Positions 28,772-40,256 are shown, counted from the first letter of the stretch. The stretch is DNA of 64,000 nucleotides from an uncultured Methanosarcinales archaeon (GCA_964552005.1 CAZKFC010000001.1:109934-173933); one strand, 5' to 3'. Numbers and translations are program-made. Notes: generated by a model not told the origin, from the letters alone.

Positions 28772-30001
28772 TTCTTTTTTTTCTTTTTTCTCAAGTTTTT
28801 TTGTTTCTTTTGTTTTAAATATAATTGTTCCAAATATTGAAACAAACGAAGTTGCAAATATTAATAATAACACAATTTCTGGAAATGAAGGAATTATGAT
28901 GCCTTCATTATATGGTAAAAACGCAAGTAGAGTAGCTACAAATCCTCTTGGCACCATTGTAGATATTAAAAAAGCATTTCTTTTATATTTATGTTCAAAA
29001 AGAGAAATTATTCTTACACCAAGATATCTTGTTGCAATCATAATAACTAAAATACCAATAGTCATATATATTATTGGTAGTGTAACTAAACTGAGATCTG
29101 TTATCATGCCTAAAAACACAAAGAAGAATGTTTTTATAAAAAATGAAAAATCAAGTTGTATTAATCGTATTGATTTTAGTGATTGTATGTGTTCTTTCCG
29201 ATAGAATTTTTCTTTCAGGTTTAATGCTTTTATTATAGGACGTATATTACCCAGTAGTAAAGAAAAGAATAATGTTGCCATAACGCCACTTCCGCCAAAA
29301 AATTCTGCTATACCATATAAAATGAAAATCATTGCTAATATAAACACATAATTACGCTTTTTATGGGGAGGTATTTGCTTGACAGTTTTAAACCAGATTG
29401 AAAAAAAGACAATAGCAAACAATAATCCAATAGAAAATTCCACTAAAACAGACTGAATCATAGCAAAAACAGAGTTTAATAACGAGAAGGACTCTTGTTT
29501 GAGTATATTAATTAAAGAAACAGCTATTAAAATTAAAGTTGTATCATTTAATATGGATTCTAATACAAGAAGATGTTTGGTTTCCCTATTTATTTTAAGC
29601 CCTTCCAATAAAACTTGTACCATGACCGTAGTTGTACCGCTTGACACAACTCCTAGCAGAAATCCGTGCAACAAATTCCATCCAAAAACAAAGTGTACAA
29701 AAAAACCCACTAACACAGTTATTAAAACATTTACAATGACAGTAAATAAAGTTGCGTCCAACATCTTTTTGAGTAGTAAGGATAAGTCAAATTCAAGTCC
29801 ACTATCTATTAATATAATTAAAATAGCTAACGTCGCAAAAATACCTGCCACAGCCCTGAAATCCGCGGGATTAATTAAACCAAAAATAGGTCCAATTAAT
29901 AACCCAATAATGATCATAAATAAAGCTTCAGGAATTTTGGTTTTTTCAGAAAAAATATTGGCAATATAACCTACCATAATTATTAATCCCAAAAACAACA
30001 C
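28745..30001 (-). CDS. Cation:proton (Na+/H+) antiporter, CPA1/NhaP-like
   Basis: About 12 TM helices; typical CPA signature organisation. Confidence 0.65.
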   Translation of the reverse strand: MLFLGLIIMVGYIANIFSEKTKIPEALFMIIIGLLIGPIFGLINPADFRAVAGIFATLAILIILIDSGLEFDLSLLLKKMLDATLFTVIVNVLITVLVGFFVHFVFGWNLLHGFLLGVVSSGTTTVMVQVLLEGLKINRETKHLLVLESILNDTTLILIAVSLINILKQESFSLLNSVFAMIQSVLVEFSIGLLFAIVFFSIWFKTVKQIPPHKKRNYVFILAMIFILYGIAEFFGGSGVMATLFFSLLLGNIRPIIKALNLKEKFYRKEHIQSLKSIRLIQLDFSFFIKTFFFVFLGMITDLSLVTLPIIYMTIGILVIMIATRYLGVRIISLFEHKYKRNAFLISTMVPRGFVATLLAFLPYNEGIIIPSFPEIVLLLIFATSFVSIFGTIIFKTKETKKLEKKEKKELTIHKTDI

Positions 30002-30073
30002 TGTCTCAACTGCGATATATTCCCACCCTTAAATTAGTTATGCAAAAAAATTGTTCTCCTTAAAAAGTTTTCC

Positions 30074-30430
30074 TTATATCTCTTTCACTCCATTTACTGT
30101 GTAAGTAACTAATCTAATTCCTAGACCTAATTTAAGTAATGCAGAAAGAACTGCCATATGTTCTTTTCCTGTGCCGGAAGTTAAGTTTAGGGCAACCTCT
30201 GTTCCCTGGATTTTGTCTTTTAGGGCATCCCGGATTTTATCTATAAGTAATTCAATGCTTTCATTAGAATTAATAATAATGAAGTCCATGTTCTCATCTT
30301 TATTAAAAGTTTCACTCCCAAATTCATTAGTTATAAGAAAAACCTTGTCCCAGTCTTCACTCTTTATTAACCTGCCAACCTGACCCCATGTTCCTTTCCC
30401 AGTACTTATTAATGCAACTAGTTCTGTCAT
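30074..30430 (-). CDS. Hypothetical small Rossmann-like protein
   Basis: ISTGKG ... NLTSGTGKEHMA glycine-rich loops; family not recognised. Confidence 0.35.
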   Translation of the reverse strand: MTELVALISTGKGTWGQVGRLIKSEDWDKVFLITNEFGSETFNKDENMDFIIINSNESIELLIDKIRDALKDKIQGTEVALNLTSGTGKEHMAVLSALLKLGLGIRLVTYTVNGVKEI

Positions 30431-30463
30431 ATTTTATAGACAATGGAGATACATTTTTAAAAA

Positions 30464-30754
30464 TTATCCTGTTTCTTTATTTTTATATCTAAATAGTGCA
30501 CTCCATACAGTATTGCGGTGTTTATTCAGTAATTTTGAAATTTTGGTAATTGAGAATCCTAACTCTAATAGGTGAGTACAAACAATTTCTAATATACTAT
30601 AATTTCTGTTAGAGAATTCGTTTACATCTATGAAATAATCTCTTCTCTTTTTAGGAAAGGGCTCTTTTATTTTTTTGATAGCCGAGTGATATGTTGTCCA
30701 TATCGTGCGATGATCTCTATTCAATAATAAGGCAATTTGACTTATTTTTAACAA
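30464..30754 (-). CDS. Small DNA-binding protein with two tandem HTH-like repeats
   Basis: ISQIALLLNRDHRTIWTTY and ITKISKLLNKHRNTVWSAL. Confidence 0.4.
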   Translation of the reverse strand: MLKISQIALLLNRDHRTIWTTYHSAIKKIKEPFPKKRRDYFIDVNEFSNRNYSILEIVCTHLLELGFSITKISKLLNKHRNTVWSALFRYKNKETG

Positions 30755-31072
30755 ATAATTTTCCTTAAGATATTTTACAAGGCTTTCTAACGGGCTAGTT
30801 TTATGTGAGAAGATTGATATGGGAATGAGAATTTTTTTTTGTAATAACTGAATTATGTCTACGTCAGAAATTTCATATCTGTCTTGTAGTTTAGACAGGG
30901 TTCTTTCAAATGATTTTGTATTCTTAGGTCTCTTTAAATTAGTAGATGTACTTAATTTGTAGGCAAAATATTTTCTTTTAATTTTATTAATACTTAATTT
31001 GTAGGCAACTATTATTTATATTTTGCCATTGGACATAAGATTTATAAAACTACCTTTATTATATGAAAAAAC

Positions 31073-31639
31073 ATGTTATTTACAATTAATGAGTTAATTG
31101 ATTTGGTAATTATGATTTTAGCTATAGGATATATTTTTTCTACTTTTGTAAAAAGAAAACCTATTTCAGGGTATGATCCTCTGGCATATTATCAAAGACA
31201 ACCAATAATTGAAGATATTAAATATGGTGCGATGATAGCAGCACCCGCCATAGTTTTACATGAACTTGCTCATAAGTTTGTGGCAATGGGTTTCGGCGCA
31301 ACTGCTATATTACATGCACCAATTAACTGGTACATTATTATAATTATCATGAGATTACTTAATTTTCCTTTGCTTTTTTTTGTGGGTGGATATGTTACCC
31401 ACACATATTTACCGCCTTTGCAATCTGCGTTAGTTGCTGCTGCTGGTCCCTTAATGAATTTGTTATTGTTTGGAATAGCCAGATTAATACTTAAGTTTAA
31501 ACTAGTAGACAGAAAATATTATGAAGTTGTTGCGATATCTGGCAGATTGAGCATGTTTCTATTTATATTTAACATGATACCTTTGCCGGGTTTTGATGGC
31601 TTTCATTTCTTTACAGAACTAATAAAATTTATATTCTAG
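31073..31639 (+). CDS. M50-family (site-2-protease-like) intramembrane zinc metalloprotease
   Basis: HELAHKFVA (HExxH) within a TM region and a PLPGFDG (LDG-like) motif. Confidence 0.65.
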   Translation: MLFTINELIDLVIMILAIGYIFSTFVKRKPISGYDPLAYYQRQPIIEDIKYGAMIAAPAIVLHELAHKFVAMGFGATAILHAPINWYIIIIIMRLLNFPLLFFVGGYVTHTYLPPLQSALVAAAGPLMNLLLFGIARLILKFKLVDRKYYEVVAISGRLSMFLFIFNMIPLPGFDGFHFFTELIKFIF

Positions 31640-31695
31640 GGTCGTAAAGTTTTTATACCAGTATCTACTCTTATATAGAAAAAGGGGGCTGAAAC

Positions 31696-34600
31696 TTGAG
31701 GAAGGGTCTTGGATATATTTTTTTATTGTTGGTTTTAATAGGTGTTGTATATGCTTCATTTAATGTTAACCTTGAATCTCCTTTAGATAATATTTTTCTT
31801 AATTATAATGATGTTAATTTTACATTTAATGTTACAGGTAATTATTCTTATTATAATTGTAGTATTTATACTAATCATACAGGTAGCTGGTTGCTTAATT
31901 CAACTAATTCTTCTGTGAAAAATTATACATCTACCCCCTTTACCTTAAATAATCTGCCAGAGGGCGGGTTTATTTGGAATGTCTATTGTGTTAATGCAAC
32001 AGAAGAAAATTGGAGTGTTTCAAACTACACTTTCACAGTTGACACTATTAATCCAAATTGGTCTAATAATGTTACTAGTCCATCTTCTGGAGCAACATAT
32101 TCAACTGGAGTAAATTATTTTTTTAATGTAACCTGGACTGATGTTAATTTAGACAGTGTATGGATAGAGCATAACTTTACAGGCGGATCTCCTCAGAATG
32201 ATACCAACATGAGCGGTGTTGGAGATAATTATTTTTACAACACGTCAAATTTAGCTGCAGGCGTATATTATTGGAGAATGTATGCCAATGACAGTGCTGG
32301 TAATTTAAACTTAACGTATGCTTTTGTTTATACAGTAAATAAGGCAAGTTCTTCTGTAAATTTAACATTGAATGGCACAGCAAATAATTTCTCAATTAAT
32401 ATGGGAGATAGTGTTAACATTACTGGAAACTTGGAGGTGGGAGAAGGTATTCTTGAATTGTACAGAGAAGGAAGTTTAATAAATAGTGGCAGTTCACCGA
32501 TATCAAACATTAGTGTTTTTAATACACCAGGCACTTATAATATTTCAGTAACTTATCCAGCAACACAGAATTATTCTTTTGGTTCTGAAACTTGGTGGGT
32601 ACATGTTAATGATACTTCGGTACCAAACATTACTTTTATTTCACCACAAAATAATTCAGTGATTAGTCAAACTAATGTAATATTAAATGTTACTACAAGT
32701 GTTTTAAGTACGTGTCAATATATCTTAGATGGTGGAAGTTATGACAATATCACAACCAATTTTATTACAATTCACAATATAACATTAACAAGTTTATCAG
32801 ATGCCTTGCATAATATAACTGTTAATTGTACTAACCAGTTTAGTAATAGCACAGTTGAAAGTATTAGTTTTACAGTCGATGCTACTTATCCAGGATGGTC
32901 TAATAATGTAAGTTATCCAAGTTCTCCTCTAAATTATACAGGGGCACAAAATTACCAGTTTAATGTTACTTGGATAGATTCTAATCTAGACAGTGTTTGG
33001 ATTGAACACAATTTTAACGGCACATTGCTTAATTATACTAATGTTCCTAATGTAAGTAATGTGTATTTCTATAATTACACAAATTTAGCAGCGGGCACAT
33101 ATCAATGGCGTATGTTTGCTAATGATTCTGTTGGAAATGTAAATTATACAGATGCATTTGTCTACACTATCAATAGGGCAGCTTCTAATGTGTCTTTAAA
33201 ATTAAACGGTAGTTCAGCAAATATGTCTATAGATGAAGGAGATAGTGTTAATATTACTGCAGTATTAATAACAGGAGAAGCTAATATTGAATTATATAAC
33301 AATGGTCTTTTAATAAATAATGGCAGTTCACCTTTAGAAAATATTACAATATTCAACACAGCAGGCACTTATAATATTACAGTTAATTATCCAACAACAC
33401 AAAATTATACTAGCGACTCAGAGACATGGTGGGTGATTGTAAATGACACTTCAGCCCCTGTTTTAACTTTTGTATCACCAGTAAATGGATCAACAACAAA
33501 CGAAACATTTGTTATTTTAAATTTAACAACCGATGATTCTTCAACATGTCAATATTTTAGGAATAATGGCAATTACACAAACATTACAACTAGTTACACA
33601 ACACTGCATAATATAACATTAACAAGTTTATTAGATGCCTTGCATAATATAACTGTTAATTGTACTAACCAATTTTCTTTAGACACAGTTGAGTCTATTA
33701 GTATAACTGTAGATACTGTAGGATCCTCTGTTGTAATTAATTATCCTACTAATAATTTGACAATAAATAATCAATTAATAGAGCTTAACTTTACATTAAA
33801 TGAGAGTAATCCGGATAGTGCATGGTACACTAAAAATTACAATAATACAAAATATCCTTTGAGCTCATTAAGTGATGGTATTAATTTGGAGAACATATCT
33901 TTACAGAAAGCAGGGTGGCACATCTTAACATTATATGTTAATGACACAAGCGGTTATGAAGCATATGATACAGTTTTCTTTTACCTTAATTTAAGTATTA
34001 ATTTAACAGAGTGGACAAATAACTTAAATGTAAGTTTAGATGATGTTGATTCTGTTGAACCATTTAACTCTACAGGAGATTTAATTACAGGGAATGTCAG
34101 TGCAAAAGATCCAATTTCACTAGAACTCAACTTTACAGACATTTCTGTTAACATATATAATTTCACTGGTACATATGCAAACTGGGAATATTTGTTTGAT
34201 GTAACTGATACAGACGCAACATTTGTAAGTGATGTACAAGCAGAAGGGAAAAACCCTGTTGATTATGTTTATTTCAAAAACTTTACGAAATTCTTTAACC
34301 AGAGCAATGATTATTATAGTAAAGTCAAACTGCCAAATAATGTGAGTGCATACACTGGGATTTTTTATTGCAACAGTTCTGATGCATCAAGTTGCTCAGA
34401 GATATCACCATGTTCAGGAAGTTTCACAGAATCTACAGGGACAGCATGCTATAATAATACTGCAGATAATGTTTTTGTGTATGTGCCGCATTTCAGCGCT
34501 GTATTTGGAGATAATGATACTTTGCAGCCAGTAATAAATATAACTGCTCCTACAAATAACTCTGTGGTGGGGCAAAGTTATCAAATTCCTTTAACATTTA

Positions 34601-36075
34601 CGGTTAACGAATATTCAAACTGTGGTTATGCAATTAATAATGGTGCTTTAACTGGACTGGGTTGGGAAACAACTTTCAGCACTAACTTTAATCATTATGT
34701 AAATGAAAAAATAAATGTAACAGTAAATTGTACAGATCCAGAAAGTAATACTGCAAGTTCTACTATTAACATTACCATTAATGATGTTACAGATCCTATT
34801 ATATCAGAAACAGTTACTGTTACAGATGATGATGTGGACATAGATTTCACTACTAATGAGCCTACTAATTACAGTGTTGAAATAGAAGGTGATACTACAA
34901 GCACATATGATGAAACAGAGACATCAGCGAGTTGGTCAACTTCACATTCAGAATCTTTCAACAGCATAGGTGATGATGACTACGATTATACTATTATAGC
35001 GTGTGATCAGCTTGGTAATTGTGAGACTGAAACAGGCACTTTTACAGTTGATACTAGTGCAGATGACGAAGACACAGGTGGTGGCGGAGGGGGAGGCGGT
35101 GGCAGTGGCGCTGCTTCTTCGGCAACAACAGTCAGCCAGGTATGGCAGACACCCTCAAAAGGACAATATTTAATGAACATACCAAGTACAGCAATCGCCT
35201 TTACCGAAATAGATTTTACTTTAAAAAAGGACTTAACAAAGAATTTATTGTTAACTGTGCAGACAAGAGACCTCCCGAGTTATATTCCGGAATTAAAAGA
35301 TAACAAGATATTCCAATACATTAAGATTGACAAATACCCTATTGTAGATGAAGATTTAAGCAAGGTAGAAATTAAATTTAGGGTTGACAAATCATGGTCA
35401 AACACCAATAATATTGATATTAATACAGTAAGTTTATGGCGCTACACAAATAAATGGGTGAAATTAACAACTACAAAGAAAACCACAGATTCCAATTATA
35501 TATATTACGAAGTTACTTCTCCAGGGCTAAGTTATTTTGCGATTGCCGGCACAGAGATTGTGGCAACTTCTGATACAGGGGTAACAGAGCAAAATGCTTC
35601 GACAGGATCAACACCAACCGGAGAAGCAGTTGAAGAAGTGACGACAACAGAACAACAAGACCAGCCAGAAGAAACAACTAAGAAAAAGAAAATATCCGGT
35701 TTTATCTGGATACCACTTGTAATACTTCTTTTAGTGGTCGGGGCGGGCGCTGGTTTCATTTACTATCAGAGAAATTTGTCTGTCCAGACAGATGATGAAT
35801 TAAAAAGTTTAAGGGATTATGTCGAAAGATGTAAATCAGAAGGCATTGAGTTTAAACACATTAGAGACACTTTAGTTAAGGCTGGATGGTCAGAATCTAT
35901 AATAGATTTAGTGTTGCACGATGTAGACATACCAAAAAAAGACATGGATCAATTGCTTAACTATATTAGTGTGTTAAGAAACAAGGGTAAATTAGATGAA
36001 GATATAAAAACTAACTTAAGGAAAGCGGGCTGGCAGGAAGAAGTCATTGAGGAAGCAATGAAGAAAGCCAAATAA
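31696..36075 (+). CDS. Giant surface (S-layer-like) glycoprotein with a TTG start, signal peptide, two tandem modules of about 280 aa, a poly-Gly hinge, a C-terminal TM anchor and a short cytoplasmic tail
   Basis: GGGGG SD 6 nt upstream; dozens of N-x-S/T sequons; a G9 run at nt 35078-35110; GFIWIPLVILLLVVGAGAGFIYY anchor. Confidence 0.8.
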   Translation: MRKGLGYIFLLLVLIGVVYASFNVNLESPLDNIFLNYNDVNFTFNVTGNYSYYNCSIYTNHTGSWLLNSTNSSVKNYTSTPFTLNNLPEGGFIWNVYCVNATEENWSVSNYTFTVDTINPNWSNNVTSPSSGATYSTGVNYFFNVTWTDVNLDSVWIEHNFTGGSPQNDTNMSGVGDNYFYNTSNLAAGVYYWRMYANDSAGNLNLTYAFVYTVNKASSSVNLTLNGTANNFSINMGDSVNITGNLEVGEGILELYREGSLINSGSSPISNISVFNTPGTYNISVTYPATQNYSFGSETWWVHVNDTSVPNITFISPQNNSVISQTNVILNVTTSVLSTCQYILDGGSYDNITTNFITIHNITLTSLSDALHNITVNCTNQFSNSTVESISFTVDATYPGWSNNVSYPSSPLNYTGAQNYQFNVTWIDSNLDSVWIEHNFNGTLLNYTNVPNVSNVYFYNYTNLAAGTYQWRMFANDSVGNVNYTDAFVYTINRAASNVSLKLNGSSANMSIDEGDSVNITAVLITGEANIELYNNGLLINNGSSPLENITIFNTAGTYNITVNYPTTQNYTSDSETWWVIVNDTSAPVLTFVSPVNGSTTNETFVILNLTTDDSSTCQYFRNNGNYTNITTSYTTLHNITLTSLLDALHNITVNCTNQFSLDTVESISITVDTVGSSVVINYPTNNLTINNQLIELNFTLNESNPDSAWYTKNYNNTKYPLSSLSDGINLENISLQKAGWHILTLYVNDTSGYEAYDTVFFYLNLSINLTEWTNNLNVSLDDVDSVEPFNSTGDLITGNVSAKDPISLELNFTDISVNIYNFTGTYANWEYLFDVTDTDATFVSDVQAEGKNPVDYVYFKNFTKFFNQSNDYYSKVKLPNNVSAYTGIFYCNSSDASSCSEISPCSGSFTESTGTACYNNTADNVFVYVPHFSAVFGDNDTLQPVINITAPTNNSVVGQSYQIPLTFTVNEYSNCGYAINNGALTGLGWETTFSTNFNHYVNEKINVTVNCTDPESNTASSTINITINDVTDPIISETVTVTDDDVDIDFTTNEPTNYSVEIEGDTTSTYDETETSASWSTSHSESFNSIGDDDYDYTIIACDQLGNCETETGTFTVDTSADDEDTGGGGGGGGGSGAASSATTVSQVWQTPSKGQYLMNIPSTAIAFTEIDFTLKKDLTKNLLLTVQTRDLPSYIPELKDNKIFQYIKIDKYPIVDEDLSKVEIKFRVDKSWSNTNNIDINTVSLWRYTNKWVKLTTTKKTTDSNYIYYEVTSPGLSYFAIAGTEIVATSDTGVTEQNASTGSTPTGEAVEEVTTTEQQDQPEETTKKKKISGFIWIPLVILLLVVGAGAGFIYYQRNLSVQTDDELKSLRDYVERCKSEGIEFKHIRDTLVKAGWSESIIDLVLHDVDIPKKDMDQLLNYISVLRNKGKLDEDIKTNLRKAGWQEEVIEEAMKKAK

Positions 36076-36510
36076 TTAATTTTTAATCATGTCTCCAATA
36101 GTAAATTTCTGGGTTTTTGTTTTTAGGTTTTGAGGTTCAATTTCTTTTGTCTCAACTAAGCTTATGTCTAACTGCCGTTCCAATTTACGCGCCAGGTCCA
36201 AGGGCGGAGTATAATTGCCAGATTCAATTTTATGTATTAAGGATTCTTTCTCTGTGAGAAACTTTGCAAATTCTTTTTGTTTTAATCCTAATTTTTCACG
36301 TTTCTCCCTAATAATCTTGGGATAATCTTCCCTGATAACCTGTATTACTTCGCGCTCAGGTTTTTTTTTCTTTACTATGGTTTTTTTTATAACAGGTTTT
36401 TTAACTACCTGGCCGAAGGAAGAGCATTGTTTGCAAACTCTAAGTTCAACACCTTCAATCAGCGCCGTAACTAATTTCTTTTCTGCACCGCACATTTCAC
36501 AAGCTGGCAT
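36076..36510 (-). CDS. Archaeal multiprotein-bridging factor 1 (aMBF1) with an N-terminal Zn ribbon and a C-terminal HTH_3
   Basis: CEMCG...CKQC ribbon plus REKLGLKQKEFAKFL...IESG HTH. Confidence 0.8.
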   Translation of the reverse strand: MPACEMCGAEKKLVTALIEGVELRVCKQCSSFGQVVKKPVIKKTIVKKKKPEREVIQVIREDYPKIIREKREKLGLKQKEFAKFLTEKESLIHKIESGNYTPPLDLARKLERQLDISLVETKEIEPQNLKTKTQKFTIGDMIKN

Positions 36511-36515
36511 TTTTC

Positions 36516-37655
36516 TTACTTGGTAAATTTTAACATATTAAAAATCTCTTTTCCCTGGTTAAAAAGATATGACTTAGCTATTTTAAATTTATGTTTTTTC
36601 GCTATTTCAACTAAGAGCTCTTTATCTTTTACTAATAAAACAATAACGCCATCTTTTTTTAGTATGATAGAGGCTTGATGCAAAAATTCGCTATACATAT
36701 TTCTTAATCTAGGAATGTTTTTGTGTTTTGACATCCTTGGCGGGTCTGTAACAATGCAGTCAACTGAGTTTTTTTCAAATTTAGTTGAGAGCCAGTCAAC
36801 ACTTACTTTACTTAAATTAAGGTTTTTTTCTATGCCTGCCAACTTAGCATTTTTTTGGCTAGCCTTTAAATATCTCAACTGGAAGTCATAACCGAATATG
36901 TTGGTTTTTTCCTTTATAATTTTAGAATCATGTCCCTTAAAAAATTCCTTTTCAAATGCCTTAAAAAAATCAAACTTTGTAAAAAACAATTTGTCTTTGT
37001 TATAATACTGCACAGGAAATTTAGTTGCGTATAATGTGGCCTCAATAGGAATTACACCAGAGCCCATGAATGGATCTATTAAAATTTTATCTTTAGTAAA
37101 TCCGCTTTCCTTAACAAGAGAATATCCAGTTACACCTTTCAATGATTCAGGATGGTTAAATATTTTATACTGTCTTTTCGCTAATTCAAACCCTGAAAAA
37201 TCTATCCCAAAATAGCCTTTATTATTATATATGTATAAATAAAATATTAAATCAGGATTATCAAACTCTGTTTTCAAGTTTTTATGTTTTTTTATTATTA
37301 AATTGGCAACTTTGCCAGCAATATCCACGCTGTGGAAGTCATGCTTTCCAGCACGTTTGCATTTTACAATAAACGAAGTTTTAATCCAGTTAGACAAGTC
37401 AATTTTTTCTAACTCTGTCTTTATATTATTTACAGATTTTTTCAATGTTTTTTCAACTGTAAACTCAGTCAAAAGCAAGCCTGCCCTGAACATGGACTGT
37501 GCTTTGTAGCATACTGAGCATAAATCAATCAAGTCTTTAAAAGAAAATTTAATAACGGTTTCTTCTTTTACAACATTTTTACATCTGATTAACTCTTTTA
37601 ATTCTAGAGCAGTAATATGTTCAATGCCTTTACTAGTTATGGCAAAACCTTTCAT
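36516..37655 (-). CDS. THUMP-domain tRNA (guanine-N2) methyltransferase (Trm14/TrmN-like)
   Basis: N-terminal THUMP-like region; DPFMGSG motif I; VTDPP motif IV. Confidence 0.65.
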   Translation of the reverse strand: MKGFAITSKGIEHITALELKELIRCKNVVKEETVIKFSFKDLIDLCSVCYKAQSMFRAGLLLTEFTVEKTLKKSVNNIKTELEKIDLSNWIKTSFIVKCKRAGKHDFHSVDIAGKVANLIIKKHKNLKTEFDNPDLIFYLYIYNNKGYFGIDFSGFELAKRQYKIFNHPESLKGVTGYSLVKESGFTKDKILIDPFMGSGVIPIEATLYATKFPVQYYNKDKLFFTKFDFFKAFEKEFFKGHDSKIIKEKTNIFGYDFQLRYLKASQKNAKLAGIEKNLNLSKVSVDWLSTKFEKNSVDCIVTDPPRMSKHKNIPRLRNMYSEFLHQASIILKKDGVIVLLVKDKELLVEIAKKHKFKIAKSYLFNQGKEIFNMLKFTK

Positions 37656-37687
37656 ACTTTTTAGAAAAATTATGTTGTTTTTAAGAC

Positions 37688-40120
37688 TTACCCAAGAATC
37701 TTAGCAGCATCAGCAACTTTATCTCCTTTGTTTAGTCTCATTAATCTAACACCTTGAGTGTTTCTACCAATAACAGATATAAATTTAGCGCTAGTCCTTA
37801 TAACTTGGCCAGCTACACTGATAAACATCAATCCAGTTTCATCATCAACTGTTTTTATTGTTACTACACGGCCATTACGTTCAGTAGTTTTTATATTAAT
37901 AACACCACTTCCTCCTCTGTTAATTAATCTGTAATCTTTAATAGGAGTTCTTTTTCCGTAACCATTTTCTGTAACAGTAAGTAGAGTTTTAGTTTCATCT
38001 GCCACAACCATTCCTATAACACGGTCATCTTTTTTCTTTAATCTAATGCCGCGAACACCAAGAGAATGTCTGCTTACACTTCTTACATCTGTTTCATTAA
38101 ACCGGACAGCCATACCTTGTCTTGTAGCCATAATTAATTGTTGATTGCCGTCTGTTTTAACAACATCGATAACATCATCATTTTCTCGTAAGTTAATGGC
38201 CCAGATACCTCCCTGTCTCGGCCTAGAATATGCTCTTAATTTTGTTTTTTTAACTAAGCCCTTGGCTGTTGCAAATACCAAATATTCTTGATCTTTAAAA
38301 TCTTTTACTGGAATTACTGCAGATATTTTTTCATTTTTTTCAACACCAACCAGATTAACTATTGCTTTGCCTTTTGAATATCTGCCAACTTCAGGTATAC
38401 GATAAACTTTTAACCAATATACTTTACCTTTATCTGTGAATATTAATAGGTATGAATGTGTATTAGCAATAAATAAATGCTCAATAAAATCTTCTTCTTT
38501 TGTCTCTGCTCCAATAACGCCTTTACCGCCACGCATTTGTTGTTTATATTCTGTTAACTGCATTCTTTTTATATAGCCACTATGAGAAATTGTAACAACA
38601 ACATCTTCTTCTTCTATCAAATCTTCTATATCAATATCTTCTTCATAATCAATTATATCTGTTCTACGCTCATCACCATATTTCTCGATTAATTCTTCTT
38701 GTTCTTTAACAATGATCTGTAATATTTTATTTTTATCAGCCAGGATGCTTTCTAAACTAGCGATTGTTTTTAATAATTCATCATATTCAGACTTTATCTT
38801 TTGTTGTTCTAGTGCAGCTAATCTTTGTAATTTCATGTCAAGAATTGCCTTGGCTTGCTCAAGGCTTAACTTATAACTTTTTATTAAAGCGGTTTGGGCA
38901 GCTTCGGCATTCTTTGATTTCTTTATCCTATCAATAACTTTATCAATGTTTTTTAATGCAATAATTAAGCCTTCAAGGATATGTGCACGGTGTTTAGCTT
39001 TCTTTAGCTCATATTTTGTTTTCCTTGTTATAATTATTACTCTGTGCTCTATGAAATGCTCAATCATGCTTTTTAAGTTGAGAGTTTTTGGTATGTTATT
39101 CACAAGAGCTAAAAATCTTACACCATAAACGCTTTCCAGTCTGGAATTTTTATACAACTGGTTCATGACAATCTCATAATTAGAATTCTTTTTTAAAGTT
39201 AAAACAACGCGCATACCTTCTCTATCTGACTCATCCCTTAATTCTGCCAAATCAGTAATTATTTTTTTCTTGACAAGGTCAGCAATATTTTCTAATAAAA
39301 CAGATTTGTTAACCATGTAAGGTATTTCTTTTATTATTAATGATGTTCGACCTTTCTTTTCCTCAACTTCTATACGGGCTCTTAGCCTTATCTTGCCCTT
39401 GCCAGTGCTGTAAGCTTGTTTAATGCCTGAATCCCCACACAATAATCCGCCAGTAGGGAAATCAGGTCCCTTTATAATCTCGCTTAGTTGTAATATGGAT
39501 ATATCAGGATTTTCAATAGTCATAATAATGGCACGGCAGATTTCTTTTAAATTATGAGGAGGTATGTTGGTTGCCATGCCGACCGCAATGCCAGAAGAGC
39601 CATTGATAAGCAGGTTTGGTATTTTACTTGGTAATATCACTGGTTCATTTAAAGAGCCGTCAAAATTCGGTGTAAAATCAACTGTTTCTTTATCAATATC
39701 AGCCAGTATCTCAGTAGAAATCTTTTCTAGCCTTGCTTCTGTGTATCTCATGGCAGCAGCTGAATCTCCATCTATGCTGCCAAAATTGCCCTGTCCCCTA
39801 ATTAAAGGATATCTTAAAGACCAGGGCTGTGCCATTCTAACTAAAGCATCATATACACTAGAATCGCCATGAGGATGCCATTTACCTAAACAATCACCAA
39901 CAATACGTGCGCATTTTTTAAATGGCTTGCCATGTTGTAAACCAAGGTCCATCATCGTATATAAAACACGTCTATGAACTGGTTTGAGGCCATCTCTTAT
40001 ATCTGGTAGGGCCCTAGCAACAATGACAGACATAGCATAATCTAGGAAATTTGATTTAAGCTCATCTTCAATTACAATTGGAATAATCCTATCTTTTTTT
40101 TCAGTGTTATCTTGGCTCAT
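37688..40120 (-). CDS. gyrA: DNA gyrase subunit A
   Basis: [26 protein letters not shown], the active-site Tyr region, and C-terminal beta-pinwheel repeats. Confidence 0.95.
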   Translation of the reverse strand: MSQDNTEKKDRIIPIVIEDELKSNFLDYAMSVIVARALPDIRDGLKPVHRRVLYTMMDLGLQHGKPFKKCARIVGDCLGKWHPHGDSSVYDALVRMAQPWSLRYPLIRGQGNFGSIDGDSAAAMRYTEARLEKISTEILADIDKETVDFTPNFDGSLNEPVILPSKIPNLLINGSSGIAVGMATNIPPHNLKEICRAIIMTIENPDISILQLSEIIKGPDFPTGGLLCGDSGIKQAYSTGKGKIRLRARIEVEEKKGRTSLIIKEIPYMVNKSVLLENIADLVKKKIITDLAELRDESDREGMRVVLTLKKNSNYEIVMNQLYKNSRLESVYGVRFLALVNNIPKTLNLKSMIEHFIEHRVIIITRKTKYELKKAKHRAHILEGLIIALKNIDKVIDRIKKSKNAEAAQTALIKSYKLSLEQAKAILDMKLQRLAALEQQKIKSEYDELLKTIASLESILADKNKILQIIVKEQEELIEKYGDERRTDIIDYEEDIDIEDLIEEEDVVVTISHSGYIKRMQLTEYKQQMRGGKGVIGAETKEEDFIEHLFIANTHSYLLIFTDKGKVYWLKVYRIPEVGRYSKGKAIVNLVGVEKNEKISAVIPVKDFKDQEYLVFATAKGLVKKTKLRAYSRPRQGGIWAINLRENDDVIDVVKTDGNQQLIMATRQGMAVRFNETDVRSVSRHSLGVRGIRLKKKDDRVIGMVVADETKTLLTVTENGYGKRTPIKDYRLINRGGSGVINIKTTERNGRVVTIKTVDDETGLMFISVAGQVIRTSAKFISVIGRNTQGVRLMRLNKGDKVADAAKILG

Positions 40121-40256
40121 TTTTTAGTCAATTTTTGCTTAGAAAACAAGTATTTTTGTCCTCTATAAAACTAAATATTTTCGTATTTAAAAAGGTTTGG
40201 GTGTAATACTTGAAAAATACCTAAAATTTATAAAGCCATCTGAATTTAATGAAATG

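Noticed and set aside
32177-33368. Antisense ORFs 32177-32395, 32328-32534 and 33162-33368 (the last two similar to each other) inside the surface glycoprotein gene
   Set aside because: They lie antisense within a strongly supported 1459-aa CDS. Their mutual similarity is a by-product of the duplicated sense-strand modules.
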